A DNA stretch of 64,000 nucleotides from Roseibacillus sp. (GCA_028821775.1 JAPKFB010000005.1:26257-90256); one strand, 5' to 3'. Counted from the first letter of the stretch, positions 29,748-38,940 are shown. A program made the numbers and translations. Notes: generated by a model not told the origin, from the sequence alone.

Positions 29748-30973
29748 TCGCGGATCACCTTCCATCGCTGGGCCTTCACTTCAAATACTGGCAACGTGCC
29801 GGACGCCACTGCTCTTACTGGAATCCGCATTGAAAAGAGGGCCCGGAGCCGGGTTTCGAGTTCTCTCTCGGCCGCTTCACTCGTGGAATTCTCAATCACG
29901 AGCCGAATTTCAGGCATGGCACCCCGTTCATCGACCTCCACTTGGTATTCGCCGACGCCGTCCACCGAACGCACCACCGCTTCGATCGCGCTGGGATAAA
30001 CATTCACCCCTCGCACCACCACCATGTCATCCGCCCGTCCGATGATGCCGCCTTCCAAGGCAAACTCAGCGGGGTCCATCCTCGCGGTGGCCACCGGCTT
30101 CACCAGATCGCCCGTGCGATAGCGGATGAGAGGAGAAGCGTAGCGTCCCAGCGTGGTGAGAACCAACTCCCCAATTTCTCCCATCGCAACATTCTCGCCA
30201 CTATCCGGATTGATGACCTCCGGGTAGTAGGAAGGATAGTAGATGCGCAAAAGATCCTGATTCTTCGGATCACTCACCGTCACCGGGCCGACTTCCGTCA
30301 TGCCGTGATGGTCCACCACCCGAGCTCCCCACTCCGCTTCGATGCGCTCTCGGACCTGGGGAATGCTGCCGCCCGGTTCTCCGCACACCACCAGGGTCTG
30401 CATTCCAAGATCCCCCACCTTAAGATCCATGCGCTTTCCAACCTCCGCCATGTGCAGGGCGTAGGTCGGAGTACAGGCCATCAATTCGGGCCGGTGCGTG
30501 GCGATCAATCTAAGCCGGTCTTCGCTGGAGAGTCCGCCCCCGGGAATGGATCGAATGCCCATTTCGGCAGCAGCCTCAAAGGCAGCCCAGAAGCCAATAA
30601 ATGGTCCAAACGAAAAGGGAAAGAAGGCGCTCTGACCGGGCATTGCTCCGGCGTTGGTCCAGACCCACTGCCAGGATTCGAGGATCCAGGCCCAGCCCGC
30701 ATAGTCATCGAGCCACGCCATCGGTTTGCCCCGCGTGCCGCTGGTCTGGTGAAACCTCGTATAGGTTTCCAGCGGATAACTCAGGGTGCGCCCGTACGGC
30801 GGGTGCGCTTCGTGATCCGCCGCGAGTTCATCCTTCGTCGTGAAGGGAACCAGAGCCGCGAACTCGGCCAGGCTCTCCACCCGTCGCAGATCTCCCAGCT
30901 TCTCCGCGTAGAATCCGTTCGCGGGAAGAATGGCACTGAGCAGGCTGTTGATCTTGGCGAGGGCCACGCTCAA
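29744..30973 (-). CDS. Phenylacetate-CoA ligase-like (PaaK/CapK/F390-synthetase family) adenylating enzyme
   Basis: FYAEKLG...VPFTTKDEL and FHQTSGTRGKPMAWLD (P-loop-like AMP motif). Length 409 aa. Confidence 0.8.
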   Translation of the reverse strand: MSVALAKINSLLSAILPANGFYAEKLGDLRRVESLAEFAALVPFTTKDELAADHEAHPPYGRTLSYPLETYTRFHQTSGTRGKPMAWLDDYAGWAWILESWQWVWTNAGAMPGQSAFFPFSFGPFIGFWAAFEAAAEMGIRSIPGGGLSSEDRLRLIATHRPELMACTPTYALHMAEVGKRMDLKVGDLGMQTLVVCGEPGGSIPQVRERIEAEWGARVVDHHGMTEVGPVTVSDPKNQDLLRIYYPSYYPEVINPDSGENVAMGEIGELVLTTLGRYASPLIRYRTGDLVKPVATARMDPAEFALEGGIIGRADDMVVVRGVNVYPSAIEAVVRSVDGVGEYQVEVDERGAMPEIRLVIENSTSEAAERELETRLRALFSMRIPVRAVASGTLPVFEVKAQRWKVIRE

Positions 30974-30977
30974 AAAA

Positions 30978-31559
30978 TTACTCGACCTTTGCTCCCACTT
31001 CGACGGATGCCTCCTTCACCGCTGGTGGAGGGCCGGGTTTGTACTTCACCACCATGAATCCTCCGAGCGCGGCCAGGACAATCCCAAACATGAACTGCCA
31101 GGGAATCGCTCCCACCCCACCGGGGGGGGGATGCATGCAAATCGCGACGAGCGCGTTGACGAGAGGCGCTCCGGCAAAAATGATGGACATGACGGACACC
31201 GCCACGATGGCCGGACTCATGCCACCCTTCGCCCCCGCGGCCATCGCGAGGAGAACGCAGAAAGCTCCGATTGCACCGAGGATGCCAGCCAGGAGGGAGA
31301 GCCACATTCCGCTCTTCGGCATCGACCAGTCGGTGTTCTTCGACATGAGGAGCACGATGAGCGGGGCGAGCACCGCGACGATGACGTAGGCAATGCCGAC
31401 GAAAAGGAAGGCCTTGTAGCGACCGAGTTCCTTGTCCGCCATGCCAACTTGTCCGGCGTGAAGAAAGATGCCGTAGAGCCCCCAACAGGCCACGGTCATG
31501 AGGGCAAACAGGAGCCAGTTCATGGATTTCTTTTTTGGTGATGAATGGGATGAGTTCAC
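30978..31559 (-). CDS. Small polytopic membrane protein, family unknown
   Basis: About 5 TM helices. GTG 31559 overlaps the thioesterase stop (GTGA); the alternative ATG 31523 gives MNWLLFALMTVACWGLYG. Confidence 0.6.
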   Translation of the reverse strand: MNSSHSSPKKKSMNWLLFALMTVACWGLYGIFLHAGQVGMADKELGRYKAFLFVGIAYVIVAVLAPLIVLLMSKNTDWSMPKSGMWLSLLAGILGAIGAFCVLLAMAAGAKGGMSPAIVAVSVMSIIFAGAPLVNALVAICMHPPPGGVGAIPWQFMFGIVLAALGGFMVVKYKPGPPPAVKEASVEVGAKVE

Positions 31560-32017
31560 GACGAGAGTGAAGACTTCGCTGCTTTTTGGGCAGCTTCGAG
31601 ATCGGCACGAATCTGATCTGGAATCGGCATCGCCGCAATGCCGCCGTTTTCAAATTTTACACAAACCGCCGTGATGCTCCCGATCGCAATGGGCGGTTCG
31701 TTGAGGTCGATAAAGAATCGAAAGCGATAGCGAATCGAGCGGGTGCGAATCTCATCGATCGACACCCGAATGGTGAGAATGTCATCGTTGCGGGCCGGTT
31801 TGCAAAACTCGCAGGTTGCATTCACGCGTGGCCACCCGATTTCGGTATCGCCCATCTGCTGATGGATCGCATGTCCGAGGCTGCGCATGAATTCATGCTC
31901 CGCAGTCTCCATGTAGCGATAGAAATTTGAGAAGTGCACAATCCCGGCCAGATCGGTTTCGTGAAACTCGACCCGGCGTTGGAACTCGAAGCAGTAGTCT
32001 TCACTCTCGACGCTCAT
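31556..32017 (-). CDS. Hotdog-fold acyl-CoA thioesterase (YbgC/4HBT type)
   Basis: VEFHETDLAGIVHFSNFYRYMETAEHEFMRSLG matches the 4HBT catalytic-Asp region. Confidence 0.85.
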   Translation of the reverse strand: MSVESEDYCFEFQRRVEFHETDLAGIVHFSNFYRYMETAEHEFMRSLGHAIHQQMGDTEIGWPRVNATCEFCKPARNDDILTIRVSIDEIRTRSIRYRFRFFIDLNEPPIAIGSITAVCVKFENGGIAAMPIPDQIRADLEAAQKAAKSSLSS

Positions 32018-32060
32018 CGTTCAGATTCAGTTTCCATTTTCAAGGTCCCGCTTCCTGGAG

Positions 32061-33359
32061 CTAGCGGGCGGCCGCGAGAACTCGCTCCGCGAGTTCCACG
32101 AAGCCGTCCTTCATAACGCCAACGCTATACCGCTCCTCCACCCCGCGGCGACCTCTTTCTCCGATCGCTCTAAGGGCTTCCGGATCGTTGAGGAGACCCT
32201 CCCAACGCCGGGCCAGTTCGGCGGGATCTCCAGGCCGAACGGAAATTCCACCTCCCGTCTTGACGGCTATTTCAGGGAAGGAAGACGCCTCGGGATTTAC
32301 CACCGGAACACCGCTCGCCATTGCTTCGAGCAGGTAAAGACCAAAGGCCTCCGGGTAAGTGACAGGCACGGAAAACAGCGTCAGTCCCCGCAGGAACTCC
32401 TCTTTCTCTTCCCGCGTGAGGTTGGGGCGCCAGACCACCAGGTCGGTGAGCCCTGCGACCTCGAGCTTCTTTTTTTGCACCTGCACGAATTTCTCGTCCG
32501 CCGCCGTGCACGCACCCGCAATTCGCAATTCGCAAGTTGGGTGCTTGCCCGCTTCCTGGAAGTTCAGATAGGCATCCACCAGCATCCCGAGACCTTTTTC
32601 CCGGCTCATCCGTGCGAGGTAGCCGATTGCTGGGGGATCTTCCATCTTCGCCGGGCCGTAGCCATCGAGCTTGATCCCATTCGGCAACACCTCGATGCTA
32701 TTCACATCGATCCCGAGACGATCGGCCATCAGATTCGCATAGAACTTGGTGGGCGAGACGAGCAGGTCCACTTCGGAAAGGCGTTCCTTCATCTCCTTCC
32801 ACGATTGTTCGCAGAAGGGCTCCGGCAAGCTGTCGAGGAAAGTGTCCTCCCCTTGGAAGAACGCGATCACCGGGATCTTGAGCCGCTTCTTCAATTCGCG
32901 GGTCAAGCCGGAGAGCAAGGCATTTGAGAGACAGATCAGATCCGGTCTTTCGTGATTCTCCAACCAGTCGAGAAGCTTTTCGAGTTCCTTCGTGAGCCGG
33001 CTTTCATCAACGCGCAACATGGCCAGGGTCATCTCCCCCTGATCCCGAGCACTCGTCATGTGACTTCGTTTTGCTACGGATCTCAGAAGCCCGTCCCCAT
33101 TGAGGAGATTGTCGAGCCAGCGTGGGGTGTGGCGGAAGAGCGCGAATTTCTGCTGCAAGAAAACGTTGACGCCACCAAAAAAGATGGGGGCCTCCTTCAC
33201 TTGAGGGAGCATCTCTTCATCGAGATGCATGGGAAGATACATCGGAAGGAGCGCCACTTCATGACCATCGCGGTGCAAGGCCGTCACCAGGGTGTTGTCA
33301 CGCATGCACGCCCCGCAGTGGTAGCTGCCGGTGCCCGCAGTGAGGAAGGTGATTTTCAT
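32061..33359 (-). CDS. Glycosyltransferase, GT4 (GT-B) family
   Basis: EAFGLYLLEAMASGVPVV is the E-x7-E-type motif. N-terminal MKITFLTAGTGSY. Confidence 0.85.
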   Translation of the reverse strand: MKITFLTAGTGSYHCGACMRDNTLVTALHRDGHEVALLPMYLPMHLDEEMLPQVKEAPIFFGGVNVFLQQKFALFRHTPRWLDNLLNGDGLLRSVAKRSHMTSARDQGEMTLAMLRVDESRLTKELEKLLDWLENHERPDLICLSNALLSGLTRELKKRLKIPVIAFFQGEDTFLDSLPEPFCEQSWKEMKERLSEVDLLVSPTKFYANLMADRLGIDVNSIEVLPNGIKLDGYGPAKMEDPPAIGYLARMSREKGLGMLVDAYLNFQEAGKHPTCELRIAGACTAADEKFVQVQKKKLEVAGLTDLVVWRPNLTREEKEEFLRGLTLFSVPVTYPEAFGLYLLEAMASGVPVVNPEASSFPEIAVKTGGGISVRPGDPAELARRWEGLLNDPEALRAIGERGRRGVEERYSVGVMKDGFVELAERVLAAAR

Positions 33360-33383
33360 TTCTCGCCTACTCAGCCATTAATA

Positions 33384-34649
33384 CTACTGCGCCGCCTCCG
33401 GCGCCCGCCCGTGCTGCAACGGTTCCGGGAGATCGGCAAAATCGCTCATTGCATCCGCCAAGGGGGTATAGTCCTTGCCGTCGACATCCCCGATCAGGCA
33501 GTCCGTCAGCATGGGTCGGATGTTTTCGTATTTGCGGATCAATTTTCCAAAGCTGAAGTCCTCATCGTAGAAAGCATAGACCAGCTTGCGCATCACTTCG
33601 ATCATCTCGCAGAGCTTTTCACCATAGTCTTCGAACTCCGCCGCAGAATGGCTGTTCTTCGCCAGCGCCGCATCAACCGCATCGGCGGCCATCTCTCCGC
33701 TCTTGAGCGCCAGAAAGACTCCGGAGGAGAACACCGGATCGAGAAACGCAAAGGCATCACCGACCAACAGGAGCCCATCCGCGGCACAGTGTTCGGCACG
33801 ATAGGAAAATTCACCTGCCACCCAGAATTCGCCAAATTGCTCGCCTTGGGTGAGATGCTCCCTGATCCAGCTGTTCTCCTGGAGTTCACGTTCATAGATC
33901 TTCTTGAGATCGCGCGTGCCTCGGTAGAGATAGTCGCGCTCGGCCACGATCCCGGAACTCACGATATTATCGCGCAGCGGAATGTTCCAAAACCATCCCC
34001 GACCGTCGAGGTAGGCCACGGTGGTGGCACCTTCGTCGAGGCCCTCGTCGCGCTTGGCACCTTTGAAGAGGGTCCAGATGGAGATTTTCTTCAGTTTTGG
34101 GTCGCGGATACGGGTGCTTTTCTTACGGAGGAAGAGTGCATCGCGCCCCGTGCAATCGAGGGTCATGGCCGCCTGGAGCCGGTATTCCTCCCCGTTCTTT
34201 CCCTTCGCGATCACCCCCGTGATGGTCTCACCATCGTAGGTGAAGTTCTCCACCAACATTTCTTCCCGCACGTCCACGCCTTTCGATTCGGCGTTCCGAA
34301 GGAGCATCTCGTCGAACACCACGCGCTCCACCTGCCAGGTCGTGGCGGCGGGATGATCGAGGTGCTGAAAAAAATAAAATGGGGCTGAGATTCTCCCCCC
34401 CTTGGTGACAAACTGCACACTGTGCTTCTTCACGAAGGAGTGCTCCTCCATCTGGTCGAGCACGCCGAGTCGCTCAAGGGTGAAGTAACAAAACGGCATG
34501 AGCGATTCGCCCACGTGGTAACGCGGAAACTTCTCCTTCTCGAGCACGACCACCCTGCGGCCCTTTTCCGCAAGCAGGGCGGCCGCGGTCGCTCCCGCCG
34601 GGCCCCCGCCAATCACGATCACGTCATAGGTCTCGGTGGGTTTGCTCAC
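33384..34649 (-). CDS. Flavin-dependent halogenase-like FAD enzyme
   Basis: GGGPAG (GxGxxG), FPRYHVGESL, GWFWNIP (WxWxIP) and FLDPVFSSG (FxxPxxSxG). A Lys in VKKHSVQF sits where PltA/PrnA-type enzymes have the catalytic Lys (pattern alignment only). Confidence 0.7.
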   Translation of the reverse strand: MSKPTETYDVIVIGGGPAGATAAALLAEKGRRVVVLEKEKFPRYHVGESLMPFCYFTLERLGVLDQMEEHSFVKKHSVQFVTKGGRISAPFYFFQHLDHPAATTWQVERVVFDEMLLRNAESKGVDVREEMLVENFTYDGETITGVIAKGKNGEEYRLQAAMTLDCTGRDALFLRKKSTRIRDPKLKKISIWTLFKGAKRDEGLDEGATTVAYLDGRGWFWNIPLRDNIVSSGIVAERDYLYRGTRDLKKIYERELQENSWIREHLTQGEQFGEFWVAGEFSYRAEHCAADGLLLVGDAFAFLDPVFSSGVFLALKSGEMAADAVDAALAKNSHSAAEFEDYGEKLCEMIEVMRKLVYAFYDEDFSFGKLIRKYENIRPMLTDCLIGDVDGKDYTPLADAMSDFADLPEPLQHGRAPEAAQ

Positions 34650-35206
34650 GAGTCCGGGGAGGTGGGAAGAATTTCAAGGATCCGGGCGAGGCAGGCCACG
34701 TTTCCCGCGGAGAGCTGATTGTAGCGGCCATAGAAGGTGTCCTCGCTACCAAGGCCCGACAGTTTGAGAGGAAGCTGCGCACGCTCCACCGAAAAATAGC
34801 CCAGCGGTGAGCTCAGGTAGTCCATTCCGCTTTCGTTCAAGATCCCTCCCAATGGTTGGCGGCCGGAGAGGATCGTTTCACGCAGGTTCTCCGGAAACTC
34901 CTCCACTTCAATTTCGATCAATCCAAATTCTGCGGCCTTTCCAGACTGTGCGCAACGGAGCACCACTTCCCGAAAATAGTGGCCCCCGGATTGACCGTCC
35001 GCCAGGACTTCCAGAGCCATCGCTTCACCATGGTGACGCTCAAGGGTCGAGGTCATGTCCACCCCATGCACCAGGAGGCTTCGATAGGGCTCAGGTATCT
35101 CCGTGGGCTCACACCACCGAAATGCTTCCGCCACCAAGCCCGCTCGCAAGAGGGACTCCCGAAGAAAATCGGGGAAGACCGGTTGCTGAAGTTGATCCAT
35201 TGACAA
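34646..35206 (-). CDS. Chorismate lyase-like (UbiC/DUF98 fold) protein
   Basis: LLVHGVDMTSTLERHHGE, YFREVVL and RQPLGGILNE resemble the Chor_lyase/DUF98 pattern. Weak, pattern-level call. Confidence 0.5.
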   Translation of the reverse strand: MSMDQLQQPVFPDFLRESLLRAGLVAEAFRWCEPTEIPEPYRSLLVHGVDMTSTLERHHGEAMALEVLADGQSGGHYFREVVLRCAQSGKAAEFGLIEIEVEEFPENLRETILSGRQPLGGILNESGMDYLSSPLGYFSVERAQLPLKLSGLGSEDTFYGRYNQLSAGNVACLARILEILPTSPDS

Positions 35207-35251
35207 CTAGATTACGTGGCGCTTCAGAAAGCCTATCGATGACCAAGCGTG

Positions 35252-36577
35252 CTAAACTAGTTGGTCCGTCTTGTGATGCTCGAGGAAAAAATCGTGGAGC
35301 ACATTGTCCACAGAGAGCAACCCATCACGATTGAGCATGATCGATCCCTCCATCACATCGAGGAGACCTTCCCGCTTCAGTTCGTCGAGTTGACTCGAAA
35401 ATTTCTCAAGAATGTTCACTCCGAACTTCTTCTGGAAGTATTTCGCCTCCACATGACCAAGCTTCATTTGAAGGATGAATTCCCGAATCATGCGCTCTTC
35501 CTCGTTCGTCCTGAAGGCGCGCTTGATGGGCATCTCCCCGGAATCAACCCCCTTCGTGTAATCGTCAATCTCAGTGAAATTTTGATAGTGCACCCCTTGC
35601 ACGTGGGAGAATGATGCCACCCCAAGTCCCACCAAATCTGCTCCTCCCCACAGGGCATCGCGGTAGATAAATTTGGCCTTCTCAGGATTCTTGACCGCCG
35701 TATAACCCGAGCTGATGGTATAGCCGTTGCTTTCCAGTTCGGCAAACGCCTCCTTAACCCAGCGACGCTTGGTCTCCCAGTCAGCCACCGGCGCCACCAG
35801 CGCTCCGTCAGCCTTCATCTCTTTGTAGATGGTCGTGTTGTAGGGAATCTCCATCTGGTAGATGGTGATGCTGTCGGGGCTCAGCTTGAGAACCTCCTCG
35901 ATGTTCTTTTGCCAATTCTCTTCCGTCTCCTCGAGCATGCCCGCTATGAGGTCGATGTTGATCTGGTCGAATTCTTCCGCCTGCGCGCGCTCATAAGCAC
36001 GCCACACTTCCTTGCTGCGGTGGGCGCGCCCGTTGATCTCGAGAATGCGATCGTCGAAATTCTCGATCCCGAGGCTGATCCGGGTCACTCCGATCTCCTT
36101 GATGGCGGCAAGCTTGCCCGGATTGAGGGTTCCGGGCTCACACTCGAAGGCGACCTCTTCGGCCTCGTCCCACGGGAGGATCGTTTTCATGCGATCGGTC
36201 AACTCGATGAGCTGCTTGGCGGAGAGGTAGGAAGGTGTTCCCCCACCGAAATAGACGAAGTGAGGTTTGCGTCCGGTGAGCAGGGGCTTCTTGGCGAGCA
36301 TCTCAAGCTCGCGCATGGTGCATTCGAGGTAGTCCTTGATCTCGTCAGCGTTCTTGTCGGTATAGACGCGGAAGTAACAGAAGTGGCAGCGCTTCCGGCA
36401 AAAGGGAATGTGATGATACAATCCCAGGGGAATGCCCGGCGCAGGCGCCGCCTCGAAGGCATCCAGCACTTCTGTTCTCTGCTCTTCGGTCCAGAAGGAG
36501 AAGGGCGGGTAGTTCGAGATGAAGTAATTCCCGGCCCGCGTGGCCTTCTTCTTGTCGGGGGTAACGATGTCACTCAT
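35252..36577 (-). CDS. HemN-like (class C) radical SAM enzyme
   Basis: CX3CX2C cluster motif (HIPFCRKRCHFCYF), GGGTPSYL and a HemN-type C-terminal domain. 441 aa. Confidence 0.85.
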   Translation of the reverse strand: MSDIVTPDKKKATRAGNYFISNYPPFSFWTEEQRTEVLDAFEAAPAPGIPLGLYHHIPFCRKRCHFCYFRVYTDKNADEIKDYLECTMRELEMLAKKPLLTGRKPHFVYFGGGTPSYLSAKQLIELTDRMKTILPWDEAEEVAFECEPGTLNPGKLAAIKEIGVTRISLGIENFDDRILEINGRAHRSKEVWRAYERAQAEEFDQINIDLIAGMLEETEENWQKNIEEVLKLSPDSITIYQMEIPYNTTIYKEMKADGALVAPVADWETKRRWVKEAFAELESNGYTISSGYTAVKNPEKAKFIYRDALWGGADLVGLGVASFSHVQGVHYQNFTEIDDYTKGVDSGEMPIKRAFRTNEEERMIREFILQMKLGHVEAKYFQKKFGVNILEKFSSQLDELKREGLLDVMEGSIMLNRDGLLSVDNVLHDFFLEHHKTDQLV

Positions 36578-36583
36578 AGCCTT

Positions 36584-37783
36584 TTATTGTCCTACGATAC
36601 AAAAGAGATTGCTGTCATTTCCGCCAACCACGATCCGGCCGTTGGCAAATGCGAGATCCGTGCTGATACCCTCGCCCAGATCAAGACGCCAGATCTCACT
36701 GCCGTCCTTCGGATTGAGAGCATACAGTCTTCCGTCTCCGGATCCAAAGACAACTGCATCATTGAAGACGATCGCCCCGCCATCCACGCGCGATCCGGTC
36801 TTCACCTTCCAAACCCGCTTTCCCGTTTCTCGATTCACCGCGTGCATGTGTTTGTCCCGGGATCCCACAAAGACATGTTCATCGCTCACTGCGGGAGCCG
36901 CATAAAACCCAAAATCCTTGTCTTCGTAAATCCACTTCGGCTTCTTTGCCTTGATGTCCGTAGCCACCAGTTGATTGGCGTAGTTCGCGGAGTAGACCAT
37001 CTTCCCAATCGTGGCGACGGTACCAATGATCTCGGCATCGACGGGCACTTCGTTGATCACGGTTCCATCGGAAACCTTGATCGCGTGCACCACCATATCG
37101 CATCCCCCCAGCACAATCGCCTTCCCGTCAACAAGAGCCGGGGTGCCATTGATTTGCTCTGCCGTTTCATAAATCCATGCCTCGCTCCCATCCTTCACCC
37201 TGAGCGCACGACAAATCCCGTCATATCCATTCACGATGATCCAGTCTTCGGTGTCATCGGGACTGCGCACGATGAGAGCGCCACCCACAAACTTGTCCGC
37301 TGCTTCGTACTTCCAGAGTTCCTTACCGGTCTTTTGATCGAGGCAATAGAAGAAGCGATCTGCCGATCCGATAAACACCTTGCCCCCTCCCACCGTCGGG
37401 GGGGCTTCAATCGAATCTTCGGTGACAAATTTCCAGCGCTCCTGACCGTTCTCGAAATTGATCGCGTAAAAGGTGCCCATCACGGTCCCCACATACACCA
37501 TGCCATCCGCAATCGCGGCATCGCCAATGACAGGGCCATCGAGCAGGATCTCCCACTTGATCTTCGGCTTGCGGGGAACGGGATCGTTCACCAGTCCCTG
37601 AAGAGCGGGGCCTCCTCGCGGAGTTTTCCAGCTCGTGGTCGTTTGTTTCTCCCGCGCGACCCTGTCCCCCTGGCCTGGTTCCTTCTTGGCAGCTCCCGCG
37701 TCCGCATTTGCGCTCGGAGCAGCGAGAAGCAGCAAGAGCGATCCTATGATTACGGAGTTGAGGACTAAGAACAATTTTTTCAT
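36584..37783 (-). CDS. Exported PQQ-like beta-propeller repeat protein
   Basis: Signal peptide MKKLFLVLNSVIIGSLLLLLAAPSANA. Repeated blades of the type G.VY.G...G..YA.....G.E.W. Confidence 0.8.
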   Translation of the reverse strand: MKKLFLVLNSVIIGSLLLLLAAPSANADAGAAKKEPGQGDRVAREKQTTTSWKTPRGGPALQGLVNDPVPRKPKIKWEILLDGPVIGDAAIADGMVYVGTVMGTFYAINFENGQERWKFVTEDSIEAPPTVGGGKVFIGSADRFFYCLDQKTGKELWKYEAADKFVGGALIVRSPDDTEDWIIVNGYDGICRALRVKDGSEAWIYETAEQINGTPALVDGKAIVLGGCDMVVHAIKVSDGTVINEVPVDAEIIGTVATIGKMVYSANYANQLVATDIKAKKPKWIYEDKDFGFYAAPAVSDEHVFVGSRDKHMHAVNRETGKRVWKVKTGSRVDGGAIVFNDAVVFGSGDGRLYALNPKDGSEIWRLDLGEGISTDLAFANGRIVVGGNDSNLFCIVGQ

Positions 37784-38940
37784 GTCGTGCTCGGGGTCAG
37801 CGATTCCAGGGCCTGCTTGTAGAGTAGCACAAATCCCTCTTCCGTCATCGCGCGAGGATTAAACTGTCCGGTCCACTGTTTGGTTGCGTCGCCCGCCAGC
37901 TCCGGGATTGCGGCCGCTTTCACTCCGGCCTCATCCAGGGATCCGAGATCGGCGATGCCAAGCAGGGCTTCCACCCAGTCAATGAGAGGAAGATCCGCAT
38001 ATCCCCGACGAGTGAGCAACTCGCCATAATGATCGTAGGTGTCGCGGGCTTCTGGATCCACATCGTTGACGCGCATGACATGGGGCAACATGATTGCCAC
38101 CGCCTTCCCGTGCACCAGACCAAAGCGGGCCGTGAGCGGGTTGGCCGAAGCGTGCGCCGCACCAAGCATGCTGTTCTCGATCGCAAGTCCCGAGAACGCC
38201 GCTCCCAACAACATTTCGCCGCGATCTTCCAGGGTGGCAGAATCGGTGAGCACCGCTTCGATGGAGGAGGCGATGCGGAGGAAGGCTTCCCGGGAGAAGG
38301 CCGAGGAAAACGCATTTCGCCGCGTGCACACCGCCGTCTCGAGGGCGTGCGCGAGCGCGTCGAGAGCAGTCAGAATCGCCACCGGTTGCGGCATGGACTC
38401 GGTGAGTTCCGGATCGAGAATGGCGAACTTCGCCAGGGCCTTGGGATCTCCGCACGCCATTTTTTCATGCGACCCGTCCCGACTGATCACCGCATAGCTT
38501 TGGCATTCACTGCCCGTTCCGGCGGTGGTCGGAACCGCGATGAACGGGAGCATTGGGCTCCTCGCGAGAGCATAGCCTTTGTAGTCGCTCATCGCTCCGC
38601 CGTTGGTGAGAAGAAAATTGCAGCCCTTGGCGGTGTCCATGCTGCTGCCCCCGCCGAGGCCCACGATACAGTCTACTTCCACTCCACGTGCAAACTCAGC
38701 AGCGGCCTTGATGTCGCTCTCCCCGGGACTCTCGTGAGTCGCATCATAGACCGTAAACTCAATCCCGGCCTCGGACAGCCTTGAAGTCGCACGTTCGACG
38801 TGGCCTGCCGAAACGATTCCCAAATCGGTCACGATCAGAACATGGCTTCCCCCAATTTCCTTCACGCAATCCGCGAGCTGCGACAATGCGCCGGGGCCGC
38901 CAACAAGCCTTGGGCTCGGTCTGGTTGTGAAGATCTCCAT
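37780..38940 (-). CDS. Iron-containing (group III) alcohol dehydrogenase
   Basis: GLGGGSSMDTAKG plus His-rich metal site blocks (DALAHALE, AHASANP..FGLVHG). ATG 38940 overlaps the ALDH stop (TGATG); a TTG at 38943 is also possible. Confidence 0.88.
   Translation of the reverse strand: MEIFTTRPSPRLVGGPGALSQLADCVKEIGGSHVLIVTDLGIVSAGHVERATSRLSEAGIEFTVYDATHESPGESDIKAAAEFARGVEVDCIVGLGGGSSMDTAKGCNFLLTNGGAMSDYKGYALARSPMLPFIAVPTTAGTGSECQSYAVISRDGSHEKMACGDPKALAKFAILDPELTESMPQPVAILTALDALAHALETAVCTRRNAFSSAFSREAFLRIASSIEAVLTDSATLEDRGEMLLGAAFSGLAIENSMLGAAHASANPLTARFGLVHGKAVAIMLPHVMRVNDVDPEARDTYDHYGELLTRRGYADLPLIDWVEALLGIADLGSLDEAGVKAAAIPELAGDATKQWTGQFNPRAMTEEGFVLLYKQALESLTPSTT

Noticed and set aside
33384-34649. 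Reading the FAD enzyme as a geranylgeranyl reductase/UbiH-type hydroxylase, which would make the locus a quinone pathway together with the UbiC-like gene.
   Set aside because: An intact WxWxIP motif and the FxxPxxSxG motif point to the halogenase clade instead. No prenyltransferase (UbiA) or methyltransferase (UbiE/UbiG) genes are present. The idea is kept as the alternative that would refute the halogenase finding.
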